A DNA stretch of 64,000 bases from a bacterium (GTDB lineage: Bacteria; SM23-31), in NCBI GenBank assembly GCA_965249485.1, contig OZ252239.1:2080001-2144000 (forward strand), given 5' to 3'. The notes beneath the pieces were generated by a model, which saw only the letters and a program-made list of their open reading frames with translations, was not told the origin of the DNA and searched no databases. Shown one piece after another: positions 41,667 through 51,596 of the stretch (position 1 is the first letter of the stretch; the number at the start of each line of letters is the position of its first letter). Both the position numbers and the translations under genes were made by a program.

Positions 41667-44648
41667 ATGAGTAAAGCCTTTACTGCAGGGTTAGTTTTTT
41701 TAATCCTTGTTCTCGCGTTACCCTCGTTTGCTCAGGAGCATTCAGGGACAATTACTGATGCGGAAACAGGCGATGCCCTGATCGGTGCAAATGTGCTGAT
41801 TTCTGGCAAATCAATCGGTGCTTCGACAGATGCTGACGGGCGGTTCTCGTTTCAGTATACTGACGATGAGGACTATACAATTGTCGTCAGTTTTGTTGGT
41901 TACAGGACCGCTGAACAGGAAATTTCCATGGGATCCAATACCACAGATCTGAATTTCGAACTGGCTACTGACCCGTTCGGAACAGATGAGATTGTCGTCA
42001 CCGGAATCGCTTCCCGCACATCAAAAGCGGTAGCAGAAGTGGCCGTTGCACGTGTTAATATGACTGAAATTGCTGACCGGCAGAGTTACACCTCATTATC
42101 ACAGATGATGCTGGGGAAGGTTTCCGGTGTGTCGTTGATTTCCGCAGACGGGCTTCTTGGTGCGCCGTTCCGGTTTCAGACAAGAAGCGGAGGTGGTCTG
42201 CACGGTTCTGCCCAGCCGATCATTGTCATCGACGGTGTCCGTACACAACAGGATCGTTTTGAGCCGTTTTCGGGAGAGTATAATCAATTGGCAAACATTA
42301 CCACGATCAACAACCTCAATGCAGAGGAAATAGAGTCTATCGAAATGCTCAAGGGTCCTGCCGGAGCGGCATCGTACGGGACCGATGGCGCCAATGGTGT
42401 TATTCTCATAACCACCAAGAAAGGCACGTTAGGTACGGGAACCGGCACCAGGAATTATACGATCAATTACAAAGCTACGCTCGGCTACAACGGTCAGGAA
42501 AGGCAGTATACTGAGAATGACGTTCGGTCTTATAATGAGCTTAATGATTTTTTCAGGAAGGGCACAATACAGAAAAATAATTTGAACATTTCCGGCGGAA
42601 CCGATCGCATGCGTTACTTCATTTCGTTTGACAAAGCCTTGAACAAAGCCCATATCCCGAGGAACTCCGAAGGCAGGACAAATTACCGGGTTAACATCGA
42701 TGCGTATCCAAACGATAAGATTGACGTCAATGTCGCTGCGGGTTACTTCACGGGTGTTAACGAGCTTAATGGAGGCAGTCAGTTTGCACAAGCCAGGAGG
42801 AGACGTAATCCCTTTGATGGTACTCGGCCTCGGGCTACTCCTGAATATTATGATATAACTCAAGAGCATTTATTTACGAATCAATTAACGGCCTCAGCAA
42901 ACGTTAATTATCGGCCGTTCCTGGATGGTAACGAGAACCTGAGAGGACTGTCGCTGCAGTTCACCGTTGGTATTAACGACCGGGATGACAGGAGTACATA
43001 TTTTCGACAGCCCAGTGAAAGATTTGAAGAACTTGGCGAACGGTCAAAAAATGTACAGAGCATAGTGAATACCACGTACACCGGGAATATGAGGTATGAT
43101 TATAATTTCTGGGGAATAACCTCATCGGCTAGTGCCGGAATGCAGCTCTATGATAACAAAAAGAATGCATTTAATGGTGTAAGCGAAGAATTTGTGACAG
43201 AACTCATCTCTACACTTGGAGCAGGAGATGTCAGAACAAGATTAGATGAAAGAGATTTCCACGAACGGAAAGCCGGTATTTTCACCGAACACAGCTTTTC
43301 CTATGAGAATACCTACTTCTGGTCTGCGATGCTCCGCAGGGATTACACCAGTTCGCTGAAAGTGGGACATGAATCGATTTACTATCCGCGGTTCAGCGCG
43401 TCAGTTCGTCTTGACCGGTTCGACGCAGTCCCGGATGCCTTCGGGTTGCTGAAATTTCGTGCCGCATATGGCGAAACGGGCATCCTTCCGGGACGTTCAG
43501 ATGCGATACCCCAGCTGTATGGATCGCAGCTTTCCCCGTATGGTGTTGGCGCAAGGCTTTCCGGTATCGGGAATTTAGATATTGAGCCAGAACGAGTCAA
43601 AGAAATTGAAGTGGGTATTGATGCCGAATATAATAACTTTTTGTCGGTTGATTTTACTTACTATTATTCGAAGTCAGACAATGCAATATTCGGTGTAGTT
43701 CAAACCCCGTCTTATGGAACCGGTGGCAGGAGATTCAATGCTAACATAGGCGAGATCAAAGGATTCGGAATTGAATCGCAGACCAGTTTATTTTTCAGCG
43801 GCCAGCGGTTAGGCGGCTGGTCTTTCAACCTTACCAATATTGTGAATTGGTCTGGAAACGAAGTGATTTCTATAGGCGACAGTAATCCTCTGATCGATCA
43901 CGGTACCTGGACAATATGGCCTGGCTACGAGAGAGGTTTTGCCCGTCCGTTCAAAGGTCAAGAGGCGATATTGACTAAAGATGATGCTCCGGAAACAAAT
44001 ACCCATGAGGCAGGCGAAGGGTATTACGCAGATTTCACAAAAGGTGATGATCGTGAGGATGTCGGTCATCAATTCCCGCCATGGACCGGTAGCTTCAGCT
44101 CCAGTATTTCTCTCGGTAATTTCTCCGCATATGGAATGTTTGAGTGGAAGTACAATTTCTGGCTCCTCAACGACACCCTTATTGATGATACGGGACCCCG
44201 CGAAGATGGTCTTGGCTCAAACATTCTGAAATTCGACGTAGTGCGTGAAAAACTGCAGATAGAAGAATTTGGTTTGGTCCCGGAAAATGAAGAATTGCAG
44301 CCAGGTACCCAGGAATATATTTCTCACGCGAACTGGTGGGCAAGATGGGGAGATCAAACTGATCAGAACAGCTTACGACGTTCAGACTTTTTGAAATTCA
44401 AGGAGCTTGCCATTTCTTACAAAGCGGACACATTGATACCGAAACTTGGATTGCAGAATTATATCAATGGCTTAACGTTCGGTTTTAACGCTACCAATCT
44501 CTGGATGCTGCACCACGACAGCTTTAATGGTCTGACCAGCGTTGAGACCGTTAGAGGCATACTCGAAAATATTCCTGATAATGTGAGCAGTCGCCAGGCA
44601 GTCCCGCCGATGAAATCAATCTCATTCTTTACCAGGATAACATTATAA
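41667..44648 (+). CDS. susC: SusC/RagA-like TonB-dependent outer membrane receptor
   Basis: N-terminal GTITDAETGDALIGANV domain; DEIVVTG; PIIVIDGV; IESIEMLKGPAGAASYGTDGANGVILITTKKG; LKFRAAYG; GNLDIEPE. Confidence 0.93.
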   Translation: MSKAFTAGLVFLILVLALPSFAQEHSGTITDAETGDALIGANVLISGKSIGASTDADGRFSFQYTDDEDYTIVVSFVGYRTAEQEISMGSNTTDLNFELATDPFGTDEIVVTGIASRTSKAVAEVAVARVNMTEIADRQSYTSLSQMMLGKVSGVSLISADGLLGAPFRFQTRSGGGLHGSAQPIIVIDGVRTQQDRFEPFSGEYNQLANITTINNLNAEEIESIEMLKGPAGAASYGTDGANGVILITTKKGTLGTGTGTRNYTINYKATLGYNGQERQYTENDVRSYNELNDFFRKGTIQKNNLNISGGTDRMRYFISFDKALNKAHIPRNSEGRTNYRVNIDAYPNDKIDVNVAAGYFTGVNELNGGSQFAQARRRRNPFDGTRPRATPEYYDITQEHLFTNQLTASANVNYRPFLDGNENLRGLSLQFTVGINDRDDRSTYFRQPSERFEELGERSKNVQSIVNTTYTGNMRYDYNFWGITSSASAGMQLYDNKKNAFNGVSEEFVTELISTLGAGDVRTRLDERDFHERKAGIFTEHSFSYENTYFWSAMLRRDYTSSLKVGHESIYYPRFSASVRLDRFDAVPDAFGLLKFRAAYGETGILPGRSDAIPQLYGSQLSPYGVGARLSGIGNLDIEPERVKEIEVGIDAEYNNFLSVDFTYYYSKSDNAIFGVVQTPSYGTGGRRFNANIGEIKGFGIESQTSLFFSGQRLGGWSFNLTNIVNWSGNEVISIGDSNPLIDHGTWTIWPGYERGFARPFKGQEAILTKDDAPETNTHEAGEGYYADFTKGDDREDVGHQFPPWTGSFSSSISLGNFSAYGMFEWKYNFWLLNDTLIDDTGPREDGLGSNILKFDVVREKLQIEEFGLVPENEELQPGTQEYISHANWWARWGDQTDQNSLRRSDFLKFKELAISYKADTLIPKLGLQNYINGLTFGFNATNLWMLHHDSFNGLTSVETVRGILENIPDNVSSRQAVPPMKSISFFTRITL

Positions 44649-44682
44649 TCGATAAAGGACAAATTAAGAGGAATAAAATATT

Positions 44683-46425
44683 ATGAAAAAGATAATTACA
44701 CTACCACTGATCTTTATGATGCTTGCGGTGAGTTTCTCCTCGTGCAGTGAATTTGTCGAGGATGTGAATCCGCTTATTAGTCAGGTAGAGGATACGGCTC
44801 TCAACGATCCAGCTCAGGCAACGTTCCTGTTGCGGGGTTTAAAGTCAAATTTCTATAACTTCTGGAGGGAAGAGAGGCCCGGAACTGAAATACACGGTGA
44901 CACAGGCATTTGGGACAGTCGTACCAGCGATAGTGTTTTTACAGAGAGCTGGAACCAGACCACCGGATCATTTAACCCGCGCGCATATAATGGCAAATTT
45001 GAAAGGCCCCATGTAATACGCTTCCAGGCGCAAGAGTTGCTCCGGCGGTTACCGCTCATGTTAGCAAAAGGGTCAGTTGACGCACAGCTGCAGGAGGATA
45101 TGCAATGGTGGGCTAATTTCCTTTTAGGATATTCCCACCATGTTTTGGCCACATGGCACGGCCTCACTGCGGCAGGGACAATGGCTGGTAATGTTATTTC
45201 CCCGGACCCGACTACCGGTGATGAGTACGGCTCATTTCTATCGTACAACGCTGTTCTTGGTATGGCTATTGAATTTTACAAGGCAGCATTACAGTATTCA
45301 CCCTCCGCTGCTGATGGAATTGCCGATGCAGCTCATGCTGATAAGGTCGTGAATTCATTTATAGCACGGGCGTATCTTGATAATCATGCCGACGGATATG
45401 GCGGTGCAAGTGAAGGACATGATTCCGCTGATGCCAAGGCTGCTGCCGCGATGGGTTTGCAGATGGGTGATCCTCCCTTTGTGTTAACACTAGGTGAGGG
45501 ATTTACAAATCGAATGTGGGATGACATGGGGAGAGGTACCAGCGGCGGCACATCTATCTCTGCCCGGTTCGCACGATATATACTGGCTGATCGGAAAGAG
45601 GGAGAGATCGTCAATCAACTTAGATCTTCTGATAATCCTGCAGCAACGGCTTTTTATACGGCAGCCAATGTTTTTAATCATCCAGGATCTGTTGGGGTAA
45701 ATCATGAAGACTTCCCCGTCTTTGATCTTTCCAAAGGTTTCTCATTATCATATTTTCCCGGATCGGGAACGAGCAATGTATTTGGCGATCCGGTCGTGGG
45801 TAAATTTGAAGGAGAATCTGTTGTTACGCGCGGGCACTTTAATGCTGCAGACCCGCGGGAAGGAGAGGCGGAACGATTAGGACTGGCCGAAGGTCAGACT
45901 GCACGTATTCAGCTTATAGAGCGAACGATCGGAGAAGCTCAACTCAAACAATACAAGGATACGGGTGAATGGATATATGCACCTACCATTCAGATGCATC
46001 CTAACGATCTGCCAACTGTCTTTTCGCAAGACAGATATAACCAAAAGGAACAAGATCTCGTATTGATAGATTGGCAGGAAATGAATCTGATACAAGCTGA
46101 GGTTGCCATTGCCTTGGACGATCTGCAAGCAGCAGCGGATTTCATTAACGAAAACCGTGTCGATGGCCATGGCCTGGATCCTATTAGTGTTGCAGACATG
46201 GAGACATATAACCGCCCATGGGGAGGTGCATATGATATTACCGGACCCATCGGTTTCCTCATTGAAGAGCGGGACAAAGAGTTGATGTTGAGATCGACCC
46301 GGCTGTATGATCAATTCAGATTTGGTATCTTCCACTTGCCGCTTGGAGATGACTGGGTCTATTTTCCCATAGGACAAGAGGAGATAGATGGTAATCCGAA
46401 CATTAAACAAACTGATGTCCAATAA
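44683..46425 (+). CDS. susD: SusD/RagB-like lipoprotein
   Basis: Lipobox FSSC, directly after susC. FIARAYL, EMNLIQAE, INENR, EERDKELMLRSTRLYDQFR, FPIGQEE..NPN. Confidence 0.88.
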   Translation: MKKIITLPLIFMMLAVSFSSCSEFVEDVNPLISQVEDTALNDPAQATFLLRGLKSNFYNFWREERPGTEIHGDTGIWDSRTSDSVFTESWNQTTGSFNPRAYNGKFERPHVIRFQAQELLRRLPLMLAKGSVDAQLQEDMQWWANFLLGYSHHVLATWHGLTAAGTMAGNVISPDPTTGDEYGSFLSYNAVLGMAIEFYKAALQYSPSAADGIADAAHADKVVNSFIARAYLDNHADGYGGASEGHDSADAKAAAAMGLQMGDPPFVLTLGEGFTNRMWDDMGRGTSGGTSISARFARYILADRKEGEIVNQLRSSDNPAATAFYTAANVFNHPGSVGVNHEDFPVFDLSKGFSLSYFPGSGTSNVFGDPVVGKFEGESVVTRGHFNAADPREGEAERLGLAEGQTARIQLIERTIGEAQLKQYKDTGEWIYAPTIQMHPNDLPTVFSQDRYNQKEQDLVLIDWQEMNLIQAEVAIALDDLQAAADFINENRVDGHGLDPISVADMETYNRPWGGAYDITGPIGFLIEERDKELMLRSTRLYDQFRFGIFHLPLGDDWVYFPIGQEEIDGNPNIKQTDVQ

Positions 46426-46514
46426 GGATTATAATCTTACCATAATCTGACCATGGGAAGATCATAATCCAAACCGGCGATTTTAAAAGCTGGAGTTTTA
46501 AAAAATGATCTACT

Positions 46515-46553
46515 AAAGATGCTCCGCCATTTGCGACGGAGCATCTTTGGTTT
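46515..46553 (+). terminator. intrinsic terminator-like hairpin after susD
   Basis: 12-bp perfect stem AAAGATGCTCCG / CGGAGCATCTTT with a 10-nt loop, followed by GGTTT. Confidence 0.75.
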
Positions 46554-46659
46554 GGTGATTAAATGTAAACTAAAACACTATAGATATTTAACCAAATTAA
46601 TATGGATTTCAGAATGCAAAGCAGGCTTTGTTTACGTATGGTGGTTTTTTTGCATACCC

Positions 46660-46825
46660 CTTGTCATGTGCAGGAACAACAGATTGGAAAAGAACTCAAT
46701 AAAGAGGCTTCAAATCTTTTCCGGCACGCGGGGTAATTTCTCGGAAGCGGTAGCTAGTGGCTGATAGTGCTTTGGAAATGGCAGAAAAATCATGTGAACC
46801 GAACCATCCCAATGGAGCGACAACT
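46660..46825 (+). pseudogene. tetratricopeptide-repeat protein N-terminal relic
   Basis: Across frameshifts reads LSCAGTTDWK-ELNKEASNLFR-GNFSEAV-VADSALEMAEKSCEPNHPNGAT, resembling kinesin-light-chain-type TPRs (AL..AEK..G.HP.VA). Confidence 0.55.
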
Positions 46826-47195
46826 GGAAGAACGGGCAAAATGATCTATAGAATAAGAAATGTAACTGTTCTGTTCAAAAAATGGAATATATTAAACGGT
46901 AAAGGATATATAAAATAAACGACCTTTATGAGATTATGAGATTTTTCGAAACAACAAGGAGAGGTTGTCTCAAGTTTGAAAATTTGCCACACGAACAGTC
47001 CAGAACTCGAAAATACCAAGCAATCTTTTAAACCGCAATTATATCCTGAAAACAAATGTAAATAAAACTATTGTAAAAGCGAAATAAATATCTTAATGTC
47101 TGTTATATTATGTACAGTATGTTCTGACGACATTTACCCTGTCAGACCGTATCATACTGTCAGTATTAACTGAAACATAATAAAAAATCACTGCC

Positions 47196-47660
47196 ATGAA
47201 AAAATTAATTAATATTTTATTACTTGTTGCTGTTACAGTATCACTGTCTTGCGGTGAGGATGAAAAAAGCTCACTAACGTCGCCTTCGTACAACAATCCT
47301 GACAGGCCGTCGGTTAATAAAGATTTACTTGTTGGTTCCTGGCAATTAGGTTCATTGAAGACTATATTAAATGATGGTTCCATAATTGAAGAAGTACTCA
47401 CTTTTGGGCAGACTCTTGATTTTAACGCCGACTTAACATTCGATATCAAAAATCAAGGCGAGGGCATCCAAGTTGAACAAAAAGAAGGACAATGGTCATC
47501 AACATCCACTAAGATGCAGCTCATTTTCGTAGAAAACAATAAAATTTTCAAGATAGAGGATCACGAATATACTGTCACGGAGTCGTTTCTTAAGTTGACA
47601 TTAGTCAGTGATCCCCGTGCAGACGGATCTTTGCCGATTCTTACATATACTAGAAAATAG
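47196..47660 (+). CDS. lipocalin-like lipoprotein
   Basis: Lipobox SLSC; PSVNKDLLVGSW shared with 35015-35470; LDFNADLTF, GQWS. Confidence 0.78.
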   Translation: MKKLINILLLVAVTVSLSCGEDEKSSLTSPSYNNPDRPSVNKDLLVGSWQLGSLKTILNDGSIIEEVLTFGQTLDFNADLTFDIKNQGEGIQVEQKEGQWSSTSTKMQLIFVENNKIFKIEDHEYTVTESFLKLTLVSDPRADGSLPILTYTRK

Positions 47661-48301
47661 CATTACATCATCAGGTGTTTCTTCGCAATTTTTCTCCAAC
47701 CACAATACTGTTTTTGTATATCGGTTGTAATAATAGTATTCAATCGTGGTTCGTAATGTTTGTAAACAATTAATTGAACACATTGAAACCGGGCAAACGT
47801 TCCGATATTGCCGCTAAATTGTTAGAGAAAAATTAGTAGAAATACAATTTAAAAAGCTCGATTAATATATAATAATTCTCGTATAGTTACTAGTTTATTA
47901 CAAGCATCTTTTCTTACATCACTCCAATATGCAGCATATCAAATACATATATACATTATAGGGATTCAGAATAATTTGGATAGATTTAAATCAATTAAAT
48001 TACCATCCATGTCAATCTCCTTATTCACGCGCCGCTAAACGTTAATCAGTCTACCACGTAACACACACCATTATTTTTCATTTCAACAGACATTTCACTA
48101 TTCAAGACAGAATTTAAGAAAATTAGACAAGATTAAACCCTCAACGGCCTAAAATATTAGTCTTGATAAAATCTAAACGGATGCGTATGCATGTTTAATA
48201 GTTAATGTAGTTTATTATACAAAAAAGAGGAGCGGAAATCACTTGTAAAAGTAAAATGCTTAGCGTAATATTTATTAACAAGAATCAATAGGAGGCAATA
48301 A

Positions 48302-49698
48302 ATGATATCTCGAGTAATGATAGTTTTAATATTTGTGCTGTTCACGGTACCAATTGCCACAGCACAACCAGGTGTACATACTGCAAAAACCGGCTCTGAA
48401 GTTCTCCGTCCAATACGGAACGAAAAACTTGACCTTATTCTGCCGGGAGCAATGCGCGATAATAATGTGGACATGTGGATTCATGTCACTCGTGCCGGAG
48501 ATCAAGATCCAATGTTTCGGGAATTTGGGTCGACCTCCGGTTATATGATATTTACCGACCTGGGAGACAGGATCGAGCGCGCTTCGTTTAGCGGTGGTTT
48601 TGGCGGTGTCGGAGCTTTAGATTTTGACATATATGGCTCTCGTGAACTTTCGCGAGCAATTACCGGTTATGATTATAACACTCAGGAATTTTCAGTCTAC
48701 GACGAAATAACTCAATTTGTTGCGGAGCGTGACCCGAAAACGATTGCAGTAAATTTTTCCGACTGGCTCGCTATTGCGGACGGAATATCATATACGCAAT
48801 ATCTGAAACTGGAAAAGATTTTAGGGCCGAAATATTCGGAGAGGATTATCTCTGCAGAAAAGGTTATCACCGATTTTCGGTCAAGACGGATTCTCAGGGA
48901 GGTTACTCTCATGACGAATGCGCTTGAGATACATCGTCAGATTCTTGAACGTTCCTTATCGAATGAAGTTATAACGCCTGGTGTAACGACATTGGAAGAT
49001 GTAGGCTGGTGGGTTAAAGAAGAATTCTTCAAGAGCGGGGTTTAACAGAAGGATTCAGTACTGGGGCAGGTACTCCGGTTGTTCTTTATTCCGCCGTTTC
49101 AGATCAACCAGAGACACGTGGCCTTCCATCAAGTCGGGGCAATTTTTCGTCATCAAACTCCCCTCAATATGTATTGCAGCGTGGAGATTTTTTGCAGTTT
49201 GATAATGGAGTACGATATCTTGACTACTTTTCAACAGATTATAAGCGTAATGCCTATATTATGAGGGAAGGGGAAACAAGTGTCCCAAAGAGTTTGCAAC
49301 ATGCTTCTGGTCGTGCAATAGAAGCCCGAAAGATTATTAGGAAACAAATTAAAGCAGGCATAACCGCCGGAGAAACATTGAATACTATCAATGCAGCCTT
49401 GAAAAAGGTACTTGCTGATACTGATAAATCAGGATTTTTTGCTGATCTTCATAGCCAAGGTAATCATGGGGGAACTTTAGTGACGGTTGGACCTTCGATT
49501 TCAGCATTTCGGTCAGACCGGGATCACTTGCCGATTCAAAAAAATCATCTTTTTTCACTTGAATATGTGGTCAGTACGAACCTTCCTGAAAGACCCGGTT
49601 ATCCGATTGTCATCAACATAGAAGGTAATCACGTTGTATCCAGTCGGGGAGTTGAATTTCTTCATCCACCGAATGAGAAAATTTTACTGATCCATTGA
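48302..49698 (+). pseudogene. secreted M24 family peptidase, single frameshift near 49035
   Basis: IRNEKLDLILPGAMRDNNVDMWIH; second frame QFDNG, STDYKR, DLHSQG, SLEY, NIEG. RBS AGGAGG. Confidence 0.87.
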
Positions 49699-50061
49699 GC
49701 CTTGATCTGCTAATGAGAAGAATTGGTTACATCATTGCTTGAGCAGTGTATGCTTCAGTCGATCTTATAAATTTTTCAAATCTATCGAAATTCTGAAAAT
49801 GGGAGCTTTCTTTTAAGCTTTTTAAGGCTGATTTATAAGAGTCAGTCTTTTAAATTGAAAACACGTCAATAATCTATCAATTAAATTCAAAAAGAGTTCG
49901 CATATCATTCAGCCTGTGGAGTAGAAAACGCTTGTGTTAGTATACTACATTCTTTACTGTTCGCACAACGTGTCCAACTTGTTCTTACGACCTACTTCCC
50001 AAGGGAATAAAATGTACACTGTCGAATTATACACCACTATCATACAACGGAGGAGAATCGT

Positions 50062-51330
50062 ATGAATCTCCTCACAAAATTTAGAGAAGCATTGACAAAG
50101 GTAAGGAAAGTAACATTTAATCCCGAACGAAGAAGGTTCGGCAAAATAGCCGCAGCCGGCATAATAAGTGCAAATGTTTTGTCATCGGGTATAGGATGCA
50201 GCGCAGGCTCTCGAAACAGTGCAGATACAGGTAGTAGCATAGCAGGTGATCGAGAAAACACTTCAAATGTAAAGCTTTCAGCGATGAGCCAGCGGGTGTG
50301 GTCAAGTATTGAGGGAGGACCACGGTACGAACAGAGTGAAGATTATTTTACATGGATGAAGCAAATTGGGCTGCATTACTTGGTTATAGATTCCTACTCA
50401 GGCGTATCAAATGCAACTGATTATGAAAGTCTATTGAAAATACGACAGCAAGTTGAAGCCGCCGGACTGAAAGCAGCAAATGTTGGCATAAATAGCGGTG
50501 ATTCATCGATATTACTGAATCTTCCGGATCGTGATGAAAAAGTCGAGGAGAGCAAAACGTTCATTCGTAATGTGGGCAAAGCCGGTTATGATACCGTTTG
50601 GACCCATTATGTTGGAACCGGTATCTGGAGATCGGAGAGAGAGGATTTTCGCTTTGCAAGCGGAAGTGCATTTGATTATGAGAAAGTCAAGAGGGATGGA
50701 TATAAAAGGAGAAACGGTGAAACGTGGTATCCGGATCGCCCCGTTCACGGCCGTGTGTATACCGAACAGGAGGTATGGGATAATTGGACTTATTTTATAA
50801 AAGCAATTGTACCGGTGCTTGAAGAAACAGGAGTAAGGTTTGGCATTCATCCTGATGATCCTACCGGATATCGCGAACTTGGCGGTGTTCCACGCATATT
50901 CAGCACATTTGATGATAATGTACGGGCATTTGAAATTGCCGACAGCCCAAACGTGGGAATGTATTTGGGTGTGGGATCCTACATTGAGGGTGGTAAAGAG
51001 ACAGGCAAAGATGTCCTGGGTGTCATACGTTATTTTGGCGAACGGAACAAGATCTTTAAAGTTGACTTTCGCAATGTATCGGGTCCAATACCTCATTTTA
51101 TTGAAACCTTTCCTGACAACGGTTATGTGGATATGTATAAAGTCATGAGAGCGCTGGTAGAGGTCAATAATCATTGTGTGGTGTGCGACGATCATGCTCC
51201 TCAAGTGATAGGCGGTCGCATAGTCGCCGATTCCTATTCATACGGCTATATGAGAGCGCTGTTGGAACGTGCATGCGATGAGGTCAAAGAAGGTGATCGG
51301 CTCCAGTGGCCTGACACATATGCACTTTAA
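50062..51330 (+). CDS. uxuA: mannonate dehydratase (UxuA)-like protein with Tat/lipoprotein signal, copy 2
   Basis: Very close paralog of 35961-37229 with the same motifs and the same C-terminus LQWPDTYAL. Confidence 0.8.
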   Translation: MNLLTKFREALTKVRKVTFNPERRRFGKIAAAGIISANVLSSGIGCSAGSRNSADTGSSIAGDRENTSNVKLSAMSQRVWSSIEGGPRYEQSEDYFTWMKQIGLHYLVIDSYSGVSNATDYESLLKIRQQVEAAGLKAANVGINSGDSSILLNLPDRDEKVEESKTFIRNVGKAGYDTVWTHYVGTGIWRSEREDFRFASGSAFDYEKVKRDGYKRRNGETWYPDRPVHGRVYTEQEVWDNWTYFIKAIVPVLEETGVRFGIHPDDPTGYRELGGVPRIFSTFDDNVRAFEIADSPNVGMYLGVGSYIEGGKETGKDVLGVIRYFGERNKIFKVDFRNVSGPIPHFIETFPDNGYVDMYKVMRALVEVNNHCVVCDDHAPQVIGGRIVADSYSYGYMRALLERACDEVKEGDRLQWPDTYAL

Positions 51331-51596
51331 AATCCGTTTTTATCCTGAATTTCGGAGAGCTTTTGTTTCCGTAATAATATAAAAAAAGTGCTCATATTAC
51401 TTTAGCTTGTGAGGAATTGATTTCTGCCTGTGGAGCACAAAATATTTGTAGAAGCAAATCGCACACTTAACGGTTGCTATTGAAGTGCCTTAAAAGTTTT
51501 GATGAAGCACATCATTTTTCATACACAATCCCTAATTATTGTAGTTAAAATTATTGATACGAGGAATATCGGATCATTAGTAAAGGATATATAACT

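Noticed and set aside
40375..42719. Diversity-generating retroelement TR/VR pair
   Set aside because: The 16 mismatches are not adenine-specific (7 with A in the upstream copy, 4 with A in susC, 5 with A in neither). No reverse transcriptase is in the window and the target is mid-gene.
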